Of a DNA stretch of 32,000 bases, positions 29,281-32,000 are shown piece by piece. The stretch's first letter is position 1. Each line of letters starts with the position of its first letter. Location of the stretch: assembly GCA_028713935.1 (NCBI GenBank), contig JAQTNI010000005.1, positions 7,582-39,581 on the forward strand, written 5' to 3'. This DNA is from Candidatus Iainarchaeum sp. Its GTDB lineage: Archaea; Iainarchaeota; Iainarchaeia; Iainarchaeales; GCA-2688035. The notes beneath the pieces were generated by a model. It searched no databases, was not told where the DNA came from, and saw only the letters and a list, made by a program, of their open reading frames with translations. A program made the position numbers and the translations under genes.

Positions 29281-31848
29281 ATGGCTAATAATCCACCAAA
29301 TGAAACTAATTATTGGGCAAAGGGCTCAGCAGAAGTGTTTTCCCTTCTGGAAACTTCTGAAAACGGGCTTTCAGAAGAAGAAGCAAAACAAAGGCTCCTG
29401 CACAATGGCTCCAACGAAATTCCCCATGACAATGCAAGAGAAGTTTATGAAATTGCCTGGGCACAATTCAAAAGCCCACTGGTTTTGATTCTTGTTGGCG
29501 CTGCAATTATTGCTTATTTTTTGGGGGATTCAATTGACGCAATTGTAATTATTGCAATTGTTTTGATGAATGCAGTTCTTGGTTTTTTTCAGGAATTCAA
29601 GGCGGAAAAAGCATTGCAGGCATTGCAAAAATTCATTGGAACTTATGCAAAGGCAATCCGTTCAGGCGAGCTTATTGAAACAGAATCCAAAAATCTTGTT
29701 CTTGGAGACATTGTTTTTATGGAAATCGGGGATTTTGTCCCTGCTGATATAAGGCTTTTCAAATCCAAAAACCTTTCAATTGACGAGTCCTCCTTAACAG
29801 GGGAGTCAATGCCTGTTGCAAAAAGCACAGAACCAATTATTACCAATGATTTTTCTCCGCAATCCTTGCACAACACTGTTTTTATGGGAACTTTTGTTTC
29901 AAGCGGTTTTGGTTATGGCGTTGTTGTTTCAACGGGCCTGAACACTTTTTTTGGAAAAACAGCTGGCTTGTTAAAACAAACCCAGGCAGAAACAGATTTC
30001 AACAAGAATATCCGCAAATTCGGAAATTTTTTGTTAAAAATTGTCCTTGTAATGACAATTTTTATTTTCATAGTGAATGCGCTTATGGGCAAGCCTGTTT
30101 TTGGCTCATTGTTATTTGCAATTGCACTTGCAGTGGGAATTACGCCCGAAGCATTGCCGATAATTATTACAATAACTCTTTCAAGCGCTTCCCTGAAAAT
30201 GGCAAAAGAAAAAGTCGTGACAAAAACCCTTGCTGCTGTTGAAGACCTTGGAAACATGGATGTTTTGTGCTGTGACAAGACAGGAACGCTCACGGAAGGA
30301 GAATTCGCACTGCAGGATTACAAGACAATTGACGGCAAAAAAGATTCAAAATTATTGCTTTATGCTCTGCTATGCAATTCCGCAAAAAAACACGGCAAAA
30401 AAATTGTTGGCAATTCCATTGACAGGGCAATTATGGCAAGCAAAGAAGCGGAAACAGTTTTTCCTGCCTACAAAGAATACAGAATTCTGGATGAAAACGA
30501 ATTTGATTTTGAAAGAAGAATAATGAGCGTGATTGCGGAATCAAAAAATTCTTCTGTTTTGGTTGCAAAAGGCGCAGTGGAATCAATTCTGCAGGCATGC
30601 ACTGGCCTTGTTGAAAACGGAAAAGAAAAAAAATTGTCCCCTGAATTAAAATCAATGGTTTTAAGCCAGGCAGAAAAATTCTGGGCAGATGGCTATTATG
30701 TTATTGCGGTTGCGGGCAAACAATTTGCAAAAGAAAAGGTTTCCGAAAAAGATGAAAGCAACCTGGTTTTTTTTGGATTCCTGCTTTTTTTAGACCCTCC
30801 AAAAAAAACAGTCAAGGAATCATTGCTTTTGTTCAAAAAACTTGGCATTACCATAAAACTTCTTACTGGAGACAACCCAGTTATTACAAAAAAAATCTGC
30901 AGCGAAGTAGGCATTGAAATTGTTGAAAACAAAATTGTTTCAGGAGAAGAGCTTGAAGCACTTTCTTCCAAAGAATTTGAAGATTATTGCAACAAATACA
31001 ATGTTTTTGCAAGAATAACCCCTTCCCAAAAATTCAGGATTGTTTCCGCTTTGGACAGGGAAGGCCATGTTGTAGGAGTTTTGGGAGATGGAGTCAATGA
31101 CGCCCCTGCCCTTAAAGCAGCTGACATTGGAATTTCTGTTGATTCCGCAACTGGAATTTCAAAAGAAGCAGCTGACATTATTCTTTTGAAAAAAAGCCTT
31201 AATGTCCTTGCAGATGGAATTGTCCAGGGCAGAAAAACCTTTGGCAATATCACAAAATACATTCTCAATACAATCAGCGCTAATTTTGGAAACATGTTTA
31301 CTGTTGCGGCTTCCTCGTTTTTTTTGAAGTTTATTCCGCTTCTTCCAAGCCAGATTTTGTTCAACAATCTTGTAAGCGACGCGCCTTTGCTTACTATTGC
31401 AACTGACAATGTTGACGAAGAATTTTTAAAAAAGCCAAAAAAATGGGATATCAAGCTTATTTTTGATTTCATGGTTGTTTTTGGATTATTAAGCGTTATT
31501 TTTGATTTGGCCCTGATTATCCCGTTAATTGTTTTTTTTAATGCTCCCGAAGCTGTTTTCAGGACTGCCTGGTTTATTCTTTCAGCGCTTTCGGAAATAA
31601 TAATTACTTTTGCAATCAGAAGCAGAAGGCCTTTTTACAAAAGCAGGCCAAGCAAATTGCTGTTTGTTTCGTCTATCATCACAATAATTGCCACTGTCGG
31701 CATTACTTACACCTGGATTGGCAATGTCCTGTTTGAATTTGTCGCACTCCCCTTGACAATTCTTTTGTTCATAGCGGCACTGCTTGTCCTTTATTTTGCA
31801 GCAGCAGAAACAGCAAAACACTTTCTATTCAAAAAATTTGAATTATAA
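29281..31848 (+). CDS. mgtA: Magnesium-translocating (MgtA-type) P-type ATPase
   Basis: Motifs are TGES, DKTGTLT and GDGVNDAPALK. MgtA-type blocks are FLLFLDPPKK and SANFGNMFTV. ATG at 29281 follows GGAGAC; the TTG at 29263 used by the track is less likely. Confidence 0.85.
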   Translation: MANNPPNETNYWAKGSAEVFSLLETSENGLSEEEAKQRLLHNGSNEIPHDNAREVYEIAWAQFKSPLVLILVGAAIIAYFLGDSIDAIVIIAIVLMNAVLGFFQEFKAEKALQALQKFIGTYAKAIRSGELIETESKNLVLGDIVFMEIGDFVPADIRLFKSKNLSIDESSLTGESMPVAKSTEPIITNDFSPQSLHNTVFMGTFVSSGFGYGVVVSTGLNTFFGKTAGLLKQTQAETDFNKNIRKFGNFLLKIVLVMTIFIFIVNALMGKPVFGSLLFAIALAVGITPEALPIIITITLSSASLKMAKEKVVTKTLAAVEDLGNMDVLCCDKTGTLTEGEFALQDYKTIDGKKDSKLLLYALLCNSAKKHGKKIVGNSIDRAIMASKEAETVFPAYKEYRILDENEFDFERRIMSVIAESKNSSVLVAKGAVESILQACTGLVENGKEKKLSPELKSMVLSQAEKFWADGYYVIAVAGKQFAKEKVSEKDESNLVFFGFLLFLDPPKKTVKESLLLFKKLGITIKLLTGDNPVITKKICSEVGIEIVENKIVSGEELEALSSKEFEDYCNKYNVFARITPSQKFRIVSALDREGHVVGVLGDGVNDAPALKAADIGISVDSATGISKEAADIILLKKSLNVLADGIVQGRKTFGNITKYILNTISANFGNMFTVAASSFFLKFIPLLPSQILFNNLVSDAPLLTIATDNVDEEFLKKPKKWDIKLIFDFMVVFGLLSVIFDLALIIPLIVFFNAPEAVFRTAWFILSALSEIIITFAIRSRRPFYKSRPSKLLFVSSIITIIATVGITYTWIGNVLFEFVALPLTILLFIAALLVLYFAAAETAKHFLFKKFEL

Positions 31849-32000
31849 AAAAATTGGACTGCACAAAAAATCTCGTTTCTGCACAATAAGGAGTTACAGT
31901 AGTTCTGGTTTTTATGTTATCCTACTAATTCCTGTATCTGCAAGTATAAATTGACTTTTTGCCAGGGATATTTTTTTTCTTTCAATAATTTAATTTTGTA

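Noticed and set aside
1-32000. CRISPR arrays, transposases/IS elements, integrases, rRNA genes
   Set aside because: No array of three or more regularly spaced 25-40-nt repeats was found. The repeats that were found have 2-3 copies with no unique spacers. No DDE/serine/tyrosine recombinase-like ORFs and no rRNA-like segments were recognised.

Overview
The window looks like a low-GC archaeal genome, probably a DPANN-type lineage. GC was judged by eye at roughly 35-40%, with one richer patch. Supporting evidence is a thermosome, Alba, deoxyhypusine synthase, an archaeal Sec61-beta, an intron-containing tRNA, a histone-fold protein, and GGTG/GGGGTGA Shine-Dalgarno-like motifs 5-8 nt upstream of many starts. 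Housekeeping genes (ths, ileS, dys, albA, secG, a KH-domain protein, an MgtA-type ATPase) alternate with accessory blocks.

The headline finding is at 6.45-10.1 kb. Four tandem micro-ORFs (25-29 aa) fall below the ORF-track cut-off and form a paralogous peptide family. They share an M-x-K-W-I/V N-terminus, a basic middle and a G-G(-G) motif, followed by tails CCSNL, MAPLV or FCSNC. They lie directly upstream of, and co-directional with, a class B (B12-binding-domain) radical SAM enzyme, and divergent from a fused double Lrp/AsnC regulator. This is the architecture of a RiPP-like peptide-modification cluster, which is rare or undescribed in such archaea.

Other items worth a second look:
- A radical SAM/SPASM-like gene flanked by two membrane-anchored proteins that look like paralogs.
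- A tRNA whose canonical fold gives anticodon UAU (Ile), with a 92-nt hairpin-rich intron, immediately upstream of ileS.
- A ~77-nt repeated element with a covarying hairpin, found downstream of both the thermosome gene and the tRNA.
- A hairpin-dense ~175-nt candidate ncRNA upstream of albA.
- A 3 x 23-bp tandem repeat upstream of the thermosome gene.
- A HicAB islet with unknown neighbours.
- A GC-richer patch encoding a papain-like peptidase and a small atypical kinase.

All family assignments rest on motif recognition by eye. No database search was possible.
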